This document shows, piece after piece, positions 31,329 to 42,047 of a stretch of DNA of 64,000 bases (position 1 is its first letter; every line of letters starts with the position of its first letter). A program made the translations under genes and the position numbers. The notes beneath the pieces were generated by a model, which made no database searches, was not told where the DNA came from, and was given only the letters and a program-made list of their open reading frames with translations. Origin of the DNA: Porphyridium purpureum (taxonomy: Eukaryota). The DNA is taken from NCBI GenBank assembly GCA_008690995.1, contig VRMN01000001.1, positions 2,604,001 through 2,668,000 on the forward strand. Direction: 5' to 3'.

Positions 31329-32342
31329 ATGGACGCGGCGACCGTTGACGCGCGCGGGCGGTCGCCGAGTGAGGAGCTCCGCGCGTTTGTGGTGTCGACA
31401 GTGTCCAATGTGCCGTCGGGAACGCGCGTCGCACTGGCCAGCTTGTTCGTCGGTTACCTCCTCGCCAGTCTTCCCATCCTGGGCACGGCCATCATCAAGA
31501 TCTTTGCGCTCATTCCGTCAAACACCTTCTCAAAGATGATGCTGTGGAATGTCCTCACTCACTGCCTGATCGAGAGTTCGTTCATCAGCTTTGTGCTTAC
31601 AAGTGTGGCTCTCCTGTCCATTGGCCGGTGGGTGGAGCCGCTGTGGGGTGCGCGAGAGATGGCCCTGTTCTCGGCCTTCACGCAGGCCACAGCAGGTTTC
31701 ATGGCATGCTTCGGGCTCTTTTTTATGTATTTCGTAACGACCATACCGGAGTTCTTATTTCTGCCGCATTATGGCGCCCTGCCACTTGTCGCGGCCTTCG
31801 GAGTGGCCGTCAAACAGCTGGGCGCCGAGCTGCAATTTATTTCAATTGGGCCGTTCCAAGTACAGGCGCGATACTTACCTCTCCTGTATATCGGAACAAA
31901 CGCCGTGCTGTGTTCTTTCCAGCTGATTCCTGTCGGAGCCTTCTTGCTTGTCTTTGACGCCACGCTCACCGCGTGGTTCTATCTGCGCTTCCTCCAATCG
32001 AGCGGCAACGGTGCGACAAGAGGTGACGCATCAGGTTCTCTCGCAGTGCACACATTTTTCCCAGAACCTCTAAGCTCCTTCGTGGAAACATTGACAAAAG
32101 CCGCCGAAAGGTTGGCCACTCCCACACTGAGTCGATACTCACGTGTCGCCGTGTCCGGTGGCTCTGGAAGGCTGGGCGGCGACGCAGCTGGAGCGGATAG
32201 TGGGAGCCTCCCAGCAGCGCACAAGCCACAGGACGGAATGGACGTTGATCGTCGGCGCTCGCTCGCGCTTAAATCGCTCGAGGAGCGCATGACACATGAG
32301 ATCAGTGCGTCTTCGCAAGACGGTACGGAGGACAATGTTTAG
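31329..32342 (+). CDS. TMEM115/DUF1751 rhomboid-like pseudoprotease
   Basis: LWNVLTHCLIE, GRWVEPLWGAREM..F, VAVKQL, WFYLRFLQ, RGDASGSLA..TFFPEPL, and RRRSLALKSLEERM. Confidence 0.88.
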   Translation: MDAATVDARGRSPSEELRAFVVSTVSNVPSGTRVALASLFVGYLLASLPILGTAIIKIFALIPSNTFSKMMLWNVLTHCLIESSFISFVLTSVALLSIGRWVEPLWGAREMALFSAFTQATAGFMACFGLFFMYFVTTIPEFLFLPHYGALPLVAAFGVAVKQLGAELQFISIGPFQVQARYLPLLYIGTNAVLCSFQLIPVGAFLLVFDATLTAWFYLRFLQSSGNGATRGDASGSLAVHTFFPEPLSSFVETLTKAAERLATPTLSRYSRVAVSGGSGRLGGDAAGADSGSLPAAHKPQDGMDVDRRRSLALKSLEERMTHEISASSQDGTEDNV

Positions 32343-32365
32343 CAGCTTCAAACAATCAGAACGTT

Positions 32366-35300
32366 TCAAACCGGCTGCAGATCATGTGTGTACGCAGTCT
32401 GAGCACGAAGAGGATGAGGAATCTCCGCATCCGAAAACATTCCGAGGCTACCGGCGTCCGGATTCAACACGCGAAGCCGCCCAAACAGTTCCATCCCAGC
32501 CAGTACCAACTTCCCTGATCCGTTATCCGGGACCGCGCGGATGCGAAAGCGCGAGAAGGACAATTTACGCGGGCTTGCGTCAGTAATCTCCCAAACCGCT
32601 CGCTGCCGCGGAAAAGTCAGCGAGCTGTCGTTGTGCATCTCGCATAGACGGGTCCATTCCCCGTCGATCTCGTCGCTGCTCTTTTTTAAACTCGGGTCTT
32701 CATCGGATTGCTGGGCTTCAATAATCCACGAACGAAGAAAATCCTTCGCACTGTCATCATGGAGCAAACTAAAGCCGTACAAACTCAACTGCAGATTCGG
32801 GCCTAGATCAATGCTTATCCACTTGAGCCCACTCTTATCGCTCACAACGTAGCTCTCACCAGGCGCACCTTGCGGCCGGACGAACCCAAGCGCAGAAAAG
32901 TGCGCTCTTGACGAGGCCCGCACGGTCACGAGGCCATACTGAACCGGATTCATCCATGCGCCTGGCAACACGCTGTGCTGCGCAAGAAACTGAAGCACAC
33001 CGGAAGCTCCTTGCTCCGGAACATACGGAATGCAAATTTCCAGCGCCTGGTCCAGCGAGTGCCTTGTGTGGCGGCATGACCTTCGGCCGCGCAACCTCAA
33101 GAGTTTAACATACTCTGCGAACCTCCAACGGCGCTCAAAGGTCGTGCGAAACACCTTAGGCTGCCACAAAAGAGGTGCGACATCCACGAATAGAAGAGGA
33201 TTCGACTCGTTAGGCATCACAAACCAATTTCTGTCTTTCGCGTCGGCAGCGCCGGTTATCCCAACTGTGTGTGTTTGTCTGCCTTCACGTGACGCTTCGA
33301 CATCTGACCAAGCCTCACCGAAAAGGCGGCCCACTTCCAAATCCTCGCCATGCTTTCGCAATAATTTGCAGAGCATATCGGCAACCAGCGCCAATTCCTC
33401 GTCGGCAAGGCGACGGATGTGCAGGCAACTCAGAAGGTCAGAAAGAAAGACCGGCCCGTCTGCATCTGAGAGGAGAAGACTTGTAGTGTGTTTGCGCGTA
33501 GGGCAGCTTAAGGAGCCGCTCCGCGGTGAGGAAGAATCAGTCCTACAAGCACAGTCACTGCCCTTGCTAGTGGCCTCTGTGCTTAATGCTGCTTCCACAC
33601 TGCCAATTTGAAACTCTTCGCGCTGCAGCGCCCGCAAAATCATGTCACGATGAACGGTAGACTCTGCAACTTGTTTCACCTCATCCACTTTCGCAGATCC
33701 ATCGTGCATGGCCTCATCCGCCTGCGCTTCGAAAGTCGCACTCGAATCTGGCTGCTGGCCTACGATCCATGCCCACATGAATCGAAAGACCGTCAATTCG
33801 GACGACGTACAGATGTCGGCGCGCAGCAGGATATGAAAAAGGAAATCTTTGTGCATGTCTGATATTCTACTTCCCTGCACACAGTCCCCGCTTCGTCGAC
33901 CCATGTCCAACAGGGCTTCGAAGTGGTCAGTCAGAAAATCTGCACATCGCGCGAAAAGAATGGGAGCGTTCAAAAGCAAAGCCACATTGCCAAGCGCGAC
34001 AACGTTCTCCGTGCTGATTCTTGCATACGTCATACACAATGCGAGCGTACGAAGAGCACCGAGATTTTGAACCTCCGCCAGCACAAGTAGAGACACCAAT
34101 TGCTCCAGGCGGAGCGCCTCGAGCGCATCTGCCTCAAGCCTGCAGTACAAGTACTTGACCAGTGTGGTGCACACATTGACGTCAACTGCTGCATCGAGTA
34201 AGACTATGCTGTCACGCGATTCGCACATACAACTGGTAAACATGGCCTTGAAAAAGGAGCTGCGGTGCGCTAAGAGGGCTCGATTGCATGCAGCCGCTCC
34301 TGCCATTTGACTTCCAATGCGCATGTTTCTACGCTTGGTATCGCGATTGCTCTGGCGTGGTACGAGCCAAACATTCGAAAAGCTTTGAGAGTCAAAAATA
34401 CGTCTAAAGTGCGCTTCCAAGGCCAATTGATCTGCGATCGCGATTTCCCAATTCACATTTGTTGCGTAGCTATCTTTGTTGCGGGCGAGTGAAAACTTGA
34501 GCCAGCACGTGTTGCCCCGTGTGACGGGCAAGACCGTCAGAGCAAAGTCATCTTCGCAAGAAGCCCCAGCGTTCCGGCTCTGACTCCAAACGTTCCAAAC
34601 CCAATCAAGGGCCTCCAACACGCCCTGAATGTCCCACAGGCGCGCCAAGTCTGTTATGGCAGCGAGTGATTCAATATTCGGCAATCTTTCTACCTCGCCG
34701 TACAAAATACGTACAAGAAGATTAACATCTTGAGCTGCGTAGCCTTGAGGAAGTTCTACGACCGTGCGTGCATCCTCCGGTCTCCATCCGTCAATTATCT
34801 CGCGTGCTAATCTGCCTCCGAAAAACGACAAGTACGCGGCATGAAAACGCACGACCGCAAGTTCCGATTTCGCATGAGCCCTGCAGCTGCTACCGCTGTC
34901 TATCGTGTCCCGCACCCTAAACTCGCCATCAAACAACTCACGCGAGCGGAATAGACTGGTAAAATGGTGGCGCGAGAGATGGCTAGGCGTGTCCAGCTGC
35001 TCCGTCCAACCTGCACCAAATAGCGTGTTGTCAACAGGGCTCAGCTTCAAGTCGGAAAACACAGCACGCTGATCCCAGCAGCTCAGCCCGAAAATGTCAT
35101 AGTCTTGTGGGTCTGGATCGACCCAGCGCAGCAAGCACTGGTCACCCGGAACCTCACCTTGGCCCATGGCAAACATGCCGTTCCGCGCTGCGACCCAATA
35201 AGCACCGAAGCACCATTGCCGCCTGGCCTGTTCGGCCGCCTTTCTAGAAGGACCGGAGGGTAGCTTTCCGCTGTTCGTCTGAAGCGATTCCGCAGAGGGC

Positions 35301-35644
35301 ATGTCATACGCAGGCGTCTTGCAGGAGGCACGTACAACGCCGTGCTTGCGTAGCAGCACTTTGGTGTTACAGTGTGAGCCCCACACAAACTCATACTCTG
35401 CACGGCTGCTCGACTCCATAAATTCATCCTGCGCATCCCTACGTATGCAATTCGCTCGCTCCAAGCGGCTCACCAGCACTATAATGTCTGCGCTTGAGCG
35501 CGCGCGGAACTGCAGGACGCCGCCATGCTGCGCGCTCAGCCTGTGAGTCGCCAACCACAACGGCTGGCCCAGACGCGGCGCCATGCACAACAAGCCATCG
35601 CGCGAGGCATAATACGGCTGGCCCGGCGGCACGTGCGCGGCCAT
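32366..35644 (-). CDS. BTB/POZ-BACK protein with N-terminal Methyltransf_FA-like and C-terminal F5/8-type-C-like domains (At2g30600-like)
   Basis: YEFVWGSHCNTK.L.RKHG N-terminal domain. Two BTB-like segments (LLAHRSSFFKAMFTSCMCES), BACK-like SELTVF...WAW, GVLQFL...W.NP, WISIDLG, FLRSWIIE and L.G.ELFG. Confidence 0.85.
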   Translation of the reverse strand: MAAHVPPGQPYYASRDGLLCMAPRLGQPLWLATHRLSAQHGGVLQFRARSSADIIVLVSRLERANCIRRDAQDEFMESSSRAEYEFVWGSHCNTKVLLRKHGVVRASCKTPAYDMPSAESLQTNSGKLPSGPSRKAAEQARRQWCFGAYWVAARNGMFAMGQGEVPGDQCLLRWVDPDPQDYDIFGLSCWDQRAVFSDLKLSPVDNTLFGAGWTEQLDTPSHLSRHHFTSLFRSRELFDGEFRVRDTIDSGSSCRAHAKSELAVVRFHAAYLSFFGGRLAREIIDGWRPEDARTVVELPQGYAAQDVNLLVRILYGEVERLPNIESLAAITDLARLWDIQGVLEALDWVWNVWSQSRNAGASCEDDFALTVLPVTRGNTCWLKFSLARNKDSYATNVNWEIAIADQLALEAHFRRIFDSQSFSNVWLVPRQSNRDTKRRNMRIGSQMAGAAACNRALLAHRSSFFKAMFTSCMCESRDSIVLLDAAVDVNVCTTLVKYLYCRLEADALEALRLEQLVSLLVLAEVQNLGALRTLALCMTYARISTENVVALGNVALLLNAPILFARCADFLTDHFEALLDMGRRSGDCVQGSRISDMHKDFLFHILLRADICTSSELTVFRFMWAWIVGQQPDSSATFEAQADEAMHDGSAKVDEVKQVAESTVHRDMILRALQREEFQIGSVEAALSTEATSKGSDCACRTDSSSPRSGSLSCPTRKHTTSLLLSDADGPVFLSDLLSCLHIRRLADEELALVADMLCKLLRKHGEDLEVGRLFGEAWSDVEASREGRQTHTVGITGAADAKDRNWFVMPNESNPLLFVDVAPLLWQPKVFRTTFERRWRFAEYVKLLRLRGRRSCRHTRHSLDQALEICIPYVPEQGASGVLQFLAQHSVLPGAWMNPVQYGLVTVRASSRAHFSALGFVRPQGAPGESYVVSDKSGLKWISIDLGPNLQLSLYGFSLLHDDSAKDFLRSWIIEAQQSDEDPSLKKSSDEIDGEWTRLCEMHNDSSLTFPRQRAVWEITDASPRKLSFSRFRIRAVPDNGSGKLVLAGMELFGRLRVLNPDAGSLGMFSDAEIPHPLRAQTAYTHDLQPV

Positions 35645-36184
35645 TCACATTCAAGCCCGGTCTTCCCCGCCTCCGTTCACCAGAGAGACAGCGCGACCAA
35701 AATGGCACTTCACGAGGCAACGACGCCCCTGCCCACCTACACAGCGCGACTTTCCCACCACGTCATCGTTCCTCAAAACCCCCCAAAACCCTCAAACTAA
35801 CCCGCCGCCCTAGTTAGATCCAGGGTCTTCCATTCTTTCATGTTTGGCACCAGCGCGTGCAGAATGGCAATGGAATGCGTCATTTCACGGGACCGTTGGC
35901 GCGGGTGTCCACTTTCCGGGGGTTTGTGGTTTGCTGGCGCGCCGGACCTCACAAACACAACACACGCGCGCTCTCACAGTTGGGCGCGGGGGTAATCTTT
36001 TTCTCATCCTTTTTTTTTCTTTCTTTTTCTTCGGCTATGTTTGAACAGGCGCGATCGATGTATTCGAGTCAGTTCGAGACAGCGCCCGTTTGTGAGGTTT
36101 TGAGCTGCTCGGAGCACGTTCATAATAAACCAGAGCTGTTTTATAATGCGTTTGTGCCGGGGGAAAGAGAAGGAGAAGAAGTGC

Positions 36185-36204
36185 GATGGACACGCGTGTC
36201 CATC
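36185..36204. promoter_or_regulatory. Perfect 20-bp palindrome GATGGACACGCGTGTCCATC in a divergent promoter
   Basis: Read directly. The half-site ATGGACACGC recurs at 36224-36233, and TATAAA lies at ~36326. Confidence 0.5.
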
Positions 36205-36531
36205 AAAAAAAGCTGCGAAAACGCATGGACACGCTCAAGCGCCAGTTACCGCTAGAACGTGCGTGTTTTGGTAAGAGAGCGGACGATTTGTGGACGCGGA
36301 AGAAAGCTTTGCTACGGCTGCCAGTATAAAGAGGCAGGACGTTGCTGGTGAGCTGGGGAAGGTGGAACGGTAGGAAGTTCGCGACGGAGGGAGGAGGAAG
36401 TGCTAAGCTCCGGGTGCAAGCGAGGGAGCCGAGCCAAGTGGCGCGTGAGGTCGAGGTGGAGCGGGGAACCGAGCTCCAGCGCGCAGTGCAGGTGGGGATC
36501 TTGGACCGGTCGTGGAAGCCCGGCTGAGACC

Positions 36532-39500
36532 ATGGCGGCCGGCGTGGGATCGAGGGTGCCGCTAACGGCGGTGCTGCTTTCGATTCTGCTCGCGCTCTTG
36601 GTGGGTGCGATCAGAAACCGTGCTGACGCCGCAGCGGCAGGCGCGGCAGTAGGGCACTATGACGCAGACGCAGCGTCGTTGATGGCCGAGGGCGAATCGC
36701 TGGATGAATGGATCCGCATGGCTAGGGACCAAGGAATCTCGCTGGAAGAGCTTCTAGAGCGCCCGTTCGAGAACAGGCCTGACCCTGGCTGGACAGGCGA
36801 CAACACGGTCAAGTTCTTGCTGCAGAATAACTCGGCGCTGGTCCAGTACCAGATCTCGTTCCGACCGGAGAGACCCACCGACTCGATCGACAATTACACC
36901 TTTTCGTACACAAGCAGCAACAACCTCGTGCTCGACCTGATGGAAGGCGTCAATTTTAACCTGTCGGCAATCACGTCGGAAGAGATCTCGCCGCCGTTTA
37001 ATCCGCCAGTGACGGTGTATAACCTAACATTCCTCATTTTGTTTGACGAGTACACGGGCATCACTGACATAGGCTTCACGGCAACGAACACCGCGTCGTA
37101 TCCGGTTCGTGTGCCTGAGAACTATACTTTTGTGACGGAATTCACGGCAGCGGGCTTTGTGCTGTACAGTCCCATCGACCCATTCAACGGACTGGGTTTC
37201 AATCTCGTGAACACTGGTGCTGACCGTAACAACGTATTGGATGCGTTTACGAGCGAGGATTTCCCTGGCAAGTATGACTTTGGCGTCTTTGTGCAATTCT
37301 TCAACGGAACGTCGACCAACTTTACCGTGAGCGGCATTCCGATGGACCCAGTCACGGCCGTGGTGGATCAGAACAATCTTCTCGTGAACCAACCTCCAGA
37401 GTGTACGCTGACTTCTGGTGAATGGACAGGTACTGAAATGGACTTGGGCAATTGTTCATACTCTTTCAATTCGAACGTTGCACAGGGTGAAAACTATTTT
37501 GGGTTGCAGCTGGAGTTCCAGCGCGAAGGAGATATGCTCATACTCTTCACATGGCCTGACTTTCCGGACTTTGAAGAGGGTATTGACATGGAGCCCGATT
37601 TTCAGAACTTCTATGAAGCAACGGTGATCGCACGGGAAGACATCGGCCCGGTGGTGTTCAACATCGACCCGGATGGCTTCTTGAGAGTGTGCGGTGGCGA
37701 GGAGCTGATTATTGACCTGTACAATGCCGATGGAGCCGAGCAAATTCGCTTCTTTCTGCAGCAATCGCCGCAAGCCCCGTTTCCATTTATTAGCGTCGTG
37801 GACGTTCCAGAAACGTTTTCACAGCGAGCAGTTGTTACAACTCTGCCGTACGACGCGGCATCCGGAGTCGGGCGCTCGCAGACCTGGGTAGTGCGCGTGG
37901 CCTTCCCGGGAAGCGTGCAGCTGGCGACGGATATCACGGACCCAACGTATGTGTTCATGTACGCACCTGAGCCGATGATCGACACAATTGCACCCTCTTC
38001 CAGTGACAGTCTCGACGGCGGCTTTACAGTGACATTGACGGGTACTTTTGACACATTCAATCCTGTTGATTTTCCGGATGACAACCTACTGATTAACAAT
38101 CAGCCGATTGATAAGGAGCGCATCACATTTTTCAACTCGACGACGGTACAGTTTACTATGCCCTCTCTAGTGGAACTTGACCCGACAGAGACGCAGTTTG
38201 AGTACCTTATCAGCGTGCAAATCTGTACGGAGACGTCAAACCAGGTCTCGTTTGTGTTCAATGACCTGCGCGTCATGATTGTCGTCTTTGGAGCTTCTCA
38301 GAATCCGAATACTGGAGCATGGGAGTTTACCGGCGGGGCTGTGATTACTTTGCAAGCAATTGTGACCGGGAATGTGGACGGACTTACATATCAGTGGACC
38401 TTCAACGCAGATACACCCAACGGGCCGGCTGTTTCTTTCGTTCCGGCGCTGTCGAGCACCACAGTACAAACCATTGAGTTCACGTACGAGCAGATTGACC
38501 CGGATGGTCCAGTCCCGAGAACTTTCTTTGCTACAGTTGACGTGATGAATGCGCTTGGAGCTACAGCAGACGATACGGTGGAGTTGCTCAAGCTTGACCC
38601 GGATGAGACCCAGATTGTCGTAAATATCATCGATAACGCACAGTCTGGCCGTTCGCGTGCCTTCCCGGTGGCGCCGCTTGAATTTGTATCTGAAGTTGAA
38701 GTCTTGAATCCGCCGACAACAGCGTTTACGTTGACATACGAGTGGACGTACATCTCGGGTCCTCCGTTCATTTTTACAGTGGACACCCAGGCGCCTGACG
38801 ACGCAACCACCGCCTCACGTCTTGGACGCGTCTTTACGGTGCCGCAGCCGGATATCATGGCAATTGAAGGGGGGATCAACCCGATCAGCCTGAGGGTGTT
38901 CATTACTGAACAGCCTGATGTTGTTGCCACGGCCTCGTCGAACGTTGTTATCACCGAGGCGCGCCTGGTTGCTGTTATTCGCGATGGCTCACAGGAAACG
39001 AGCTTGGGTGGCACGTCGGACTTTGTCATGACGGCGGAAAATTCGTACGACCCGGATATTCTGGCCGTTGATGGCATCCCTCAGAATACGGGACTCATTT
39101 ACGATTGGGTGAACGTGACAAAGGCAGACAATCCGAGCTTTACTGGTGCGCAAGTCGCGACTACGCTTTTCCCATCGGACGAGGGCGACGAATCATATAC
39201 GATTTCAGCAGCGACGTTTGACGGGGAGCAAATTGCTGCCACGACATACTATCGATTTTCGTTGCGTGTGCTCAAGCCCTCGATAGTGTCGCCTGGTACG
39301 AACCGTCGCTCGAATGTAGTAACCTTGACGGTGATCCGTGACGCTGACGTCCAGCAGGAATTTGTGCAGCTGGAGGACGTTTCTTATCTCTACTTGGATG
39401 GAGCAGCGGTGAACCTCGCTGCAGTCAACCCGCTCGAGTCCCTGGTCATCACGCCTATCACGGATGACCCAGAGACGACTTACGAGTATGTATTCATTGG

Positions 39501-41595
39501 CCCGCCAGCTGCTGCAGAGATTACGGAGAACTTCATCTTTACAGGCACAGGGTTCTACAACCCGCTGAATGGAGCGTCAAACCTGCCTCTGCGCATCGCG
39601 GCTGGAGGCTTGGGGCTTGGCGACTTTCAGGAAATCGGGTTCACGACCACGTACACACTGGAAATTACTGTGTTCAATCCAAATCTCGAGACCAATGTGG
39701 TCGTGGTCAGCTTCAGTACGATTCCGCAGCCGAGCATTTTGAACCTGCAGTGCAACCGATACGAGGCGACACAGGATCAACAGCTCCGTTGCTCTTCTGA
39801 ACTCTCCTTCTTTGGTGATCGAGGAACGCTGGCATACCAGTACACGTACACTGAGATCGTGGGTGGAGATGCGACTGGTGCGCCATACTGCGCCGGTGGT
39901 TGCAGTAATGATTACTTTGTGATCTTCCAGATTTCACGAGCTGGGACGTACCGTCTGCGTGTCGCGGTAATTGATCCCAAGTCGGGCATCCAGTTTGTTG
40001 CGTCGGACTTTCCGGAGGACATTGTGATTACGCCGACCTATGACAGCATTTTGACCTATTCGAATACCCAGCTGAATCTGTGTGCGGACGCGGGTGATCA
40101 CGAGTGCGTTGAGCAGATTTCGTACAATCTTGCCAAGGAACTGACGGGCGGTCGCCGCCGCCGCCGTCGTAGCCTGATGTTGGGGGGCATCGATGAGGCA
40201 ACGGCAGACCGACAGGTTGACGCCCGGGAAGATGTCTCGTTGACAGAGCTGGTGCAGCACCAGACGCAATCTGAGGTTGTGGCGAATGCACTCGCACGTG
40301 TGCGCAGGTCAAGTGGAAACTCTTTCCCAACCACCGAGCTGCTGAACAACTATTTGGAAACAATTCAACTGTTTTCAGAACTTGAGGATGATATCGTGAT
40401 TTCCACCATGCTGAGTGATATGTTGCTCATTTCGCGAACGGCTCTTTCTCGCAAGCCTGATTTCACGACAATATCCGACTTTGCAATTCAAAGGTTGCAG
40501 GTGATGTACGGAAATTTGCCTCCGATAGCACAGAATATTGGCGAAATCGAGGGGCCGACTGAGCGCCTGCAAGGAGGGTCAACGAGAAGACGGCTGCTTC
40601 AAGAAACGGGCGATAACCCGAATGACAGGAACATCAACCTAGCGAACGTGTACGCATCTCAGGGAATAGACCTGACCTTTGCTTCTGCCGACAATAGCGC
40701 ATGTGGTTTCTTCCGTGAGGTTGATGTTACTGTGACAGGTGGGTCATTTGATGATTCTATCGTATTCGTTTCCACCCGCTGCTCTGTAGACCAGAATACT
40801 GTCGACGGCCCGGTGGTTGCTGGAACCAACACATTGACAATTTGCAACGAAGTGTTTCAGAGTGGTCTTCGAACGCTTTCGTTCTACCTGGTGAGCACAC
40901 CGGAGTTTGCGTGGCTTTCAGGGTACGAGAACTCTGTGATTCCGTCCTCGAACTTGCAGTTGCCGCAGGTGTACATTGACACGTCGCGAGGTGAATTGCC
41001 AGCTGGTTTGCCGGAGGACTGCTTCACCCTGACCACGCAATTGAACATGTCAGGTGCGCCGACAGACCTCATGGTTGACACCTTCCAGCTCACTCCGCAG
41101 ACATTGGTCACCACGACGGATGTTCCGAGCGAGCTGTATCTGCGTTCGGACACCGGCCAGACAGCAGGTGAGTTGATCGAGGACGGTGATAATGTCTTCC
41201 AGGAAATTTTCATTATTCCGTCTTCTGCGCAAGGTGATCAAGGGATTCTGTTGGGCGCTGCCATTCGCGGCATCATAACGGAAGGACCGATTACAACTCT
41301 GCCGTCAGAGCCTCCAACGTCCACCGTACCATCAAGTACAACAACAGAATCACCGCCAGGGCCCCCAGGCGGGCTTTCGGGAGGAGCGATTGCTGGTATT
41401 GTTGTCGGTATTCTTCTTTTCATCATCATTGCCGTCATTATCGCGTGGTTGATAGCGACACGATGCTTTATTGTGGCTGCCCCGCCACCAGAGGAGCCGT
41501 TCGACTATGTTGAGCGTGATATCTACGGGCGTGGTTTCGTTGTGGAGCAGTCCGTCTTTTCAGAAGGGTCGGTCGCAGAGTCTGGCTTCGAGTGA
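36532..41595 (+). CDS. Large acidic type I cell-surface protein with IPT/TIG-like and PKD/REJ-like domains
   Basis: Signal peptide, many NxS/T sites, IAPSS..LDGGFTVTLTG (IPT-like), LTYQWT, LTYEWT, LVAVIRDG....SYDPD (REJ-like). TM helix LSGGAIAGIVVGILLFIIIAVIIAWLI and a short acidic tail. Confidence 0.85.
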   Translation: MAAGVGSRVPLTAVLLSILLALLVGAIRNRADAAAAGAAVGHYDADAASLMAEGESLDEWIRMARDQGISLEELLERPFENRPDPGWTGDNTVKFLLQNNSALVQYQISFRPERPTDSIDNYTFSYTSSNNLVLDLMEGVNFNLSAITSEEISPPFNPPVTVYNLTFLILFDEYTGITDIGFTATNTASYPVRVPENYTFVTEFTAAGFVLYSPIDPFNGLGFNLVNTGADRNNVLDAFTSEDFPGKYDFGVFVQFFNGTSTNFTVSGIPMDPVTAVVDQNNLLVNQPPECTLTSGEWTGTEMDLGNCSYSFNSNVAQGENYFGLQLEFQREGDMLILFTWPDFPDFEEGIDMEPDFQNFYEATVIAREDIGPVVFNIDPDGFLRVCGGEELIIDLYNADGAEQIRFFLQQSPQAPFPFISVVDVPETFSQRAVVTTLPYDAASGVGRSQTWVVRVAFPGSVQLATDITDPTYVFMYAPEPMIDTIAPSSSDSLDGGFTVTLTGTFDTFNPVDFPDDNLLINNQPIDKERITFFNSTTVQFTMPSLVELDPTETQFEYLISVQICTETSNQVSFVFNDLRVMIVVFGASQNPNTGAWEFTGGAVITLQAIVTGNVDGLTYQWTFNADTPNGPAVSFVPALSSTTVQTIEFTYEQIDPDGPVPRTFFATVDVMNALGATADDTVELLKLDPDETQIVVNIIDNAQSGRSRAFPVAPLEFVSEVEVLNPPTTAFTLTYEWTYISGPPFIFTVDTQAPDDATTASRLGRVFTVPQPDIMAIEGGINPISLRVFITEQPDVVATASSNVVITEARLVAVIRDGSQETSLGGTSDFVMTAENSYDPDILAVDGIPQNTGLIYDWVNVTKADNPSFTGAQVATTLFPSDEGDESYTISAATFDGEQIAATTYYRFSLRVLKPSIVSPGTNRRSNVVTLTVIRDADVQQEFVQLEDVSYLYLDGAAVNLAAVNPLESLVITPITDDPETTYEYVFIGPPAAAEITENFIFTGTGFYNPLNGASNLPLRIAAGGLGLGDFQEIGFTTTYTLEITVFNPNLETNVVVVSFSTIPQPSILNLQCNRYEATQDQQLRCSSELSFFGDRGTLAYQYTYTEIVGGDATGAPYCAGGCSNDYFVIFQISRAGTYRLRVAVIDPKSGIQFVASDFPEDIVITPTYDSILTYSNTQLNLCADAGDHECVEQISYNLAKELTGGRRRRRRSLMLGGIDEATADRQVDAREDVSLTELVQHQTQSEVVANALARVRRSSGNSFPTTELLNNYLETIQLFSELEDDIVISTMLSDMLLISRTALSRKPDFTTISDFAIQRLQVMYGNLPPIAQNIGEIEGPTERLQGGSTRRRLLQETGDNPNDRNINLANVYASQGIDLTFASADNSACGFFREVDVTVTGGSFDDSIVFVSTRCSVDQNTVDGPVVAGTNTLTICNEVFQSGLRTLSFYLVSTPEFAWLSGYENSVIPSSNLQLPQVYIDTSRGELPAGLPEDCFTLTTQLNMSGAPTDLMVDTFQLTPQTLVTTTDVPSELYLRSDTGQTAGELIEDGDNVFQEIFIIPSSAQGDQGILLGAAIRGIITEGPITTLPSEPPTSTVPSSTTTESPPGPPGGLSGGAIAGIVVGILLFIIIAVIIAWLIATRCFIVAAPPPEEPFDYVERDIYGRGFVVEQSVFSEGSVAESGFE

Positions 41596-42047
41596 TCCAA
41601 GCTGTGATTCATTTTTCTCTCTTCTTTGTGCTCTCCCGCACAATACGTGCATCGATATTTTCTCGAGCAGTCTTTCTGCGTCTGGAATCAATCGTGCTCG
41701 GCGAATGGCCGTCCTTAGTTCTCCTGCACTTTTGAATAAACGAAAACTGTGCATTTCTAGCGCAGTGCTTATTCCGCACCCCGGTACGAAAGCTGGAAAT
41801 TTTCTCGTGTGCGGCCTGTTCGAAGCGCGCGCGTAAAACTGTGATCTCCGCCCACCACGAATTCATGGCTTGGGCCAAGAGCCACCTTGGGCCCGCGTCC
41901 ACTGCGGCGTTCGGCAAACCGACGGACTGGACGCATACGCTTGCCGCACGAGATGAAATGGCTGCAACGCATGAATGGCCTTCCCAAAGGATGTGACGAG
42001 ATTGGGCAGCAGCCGTACTTAATTTCGCTAGGTGGGTGCATGTCATT

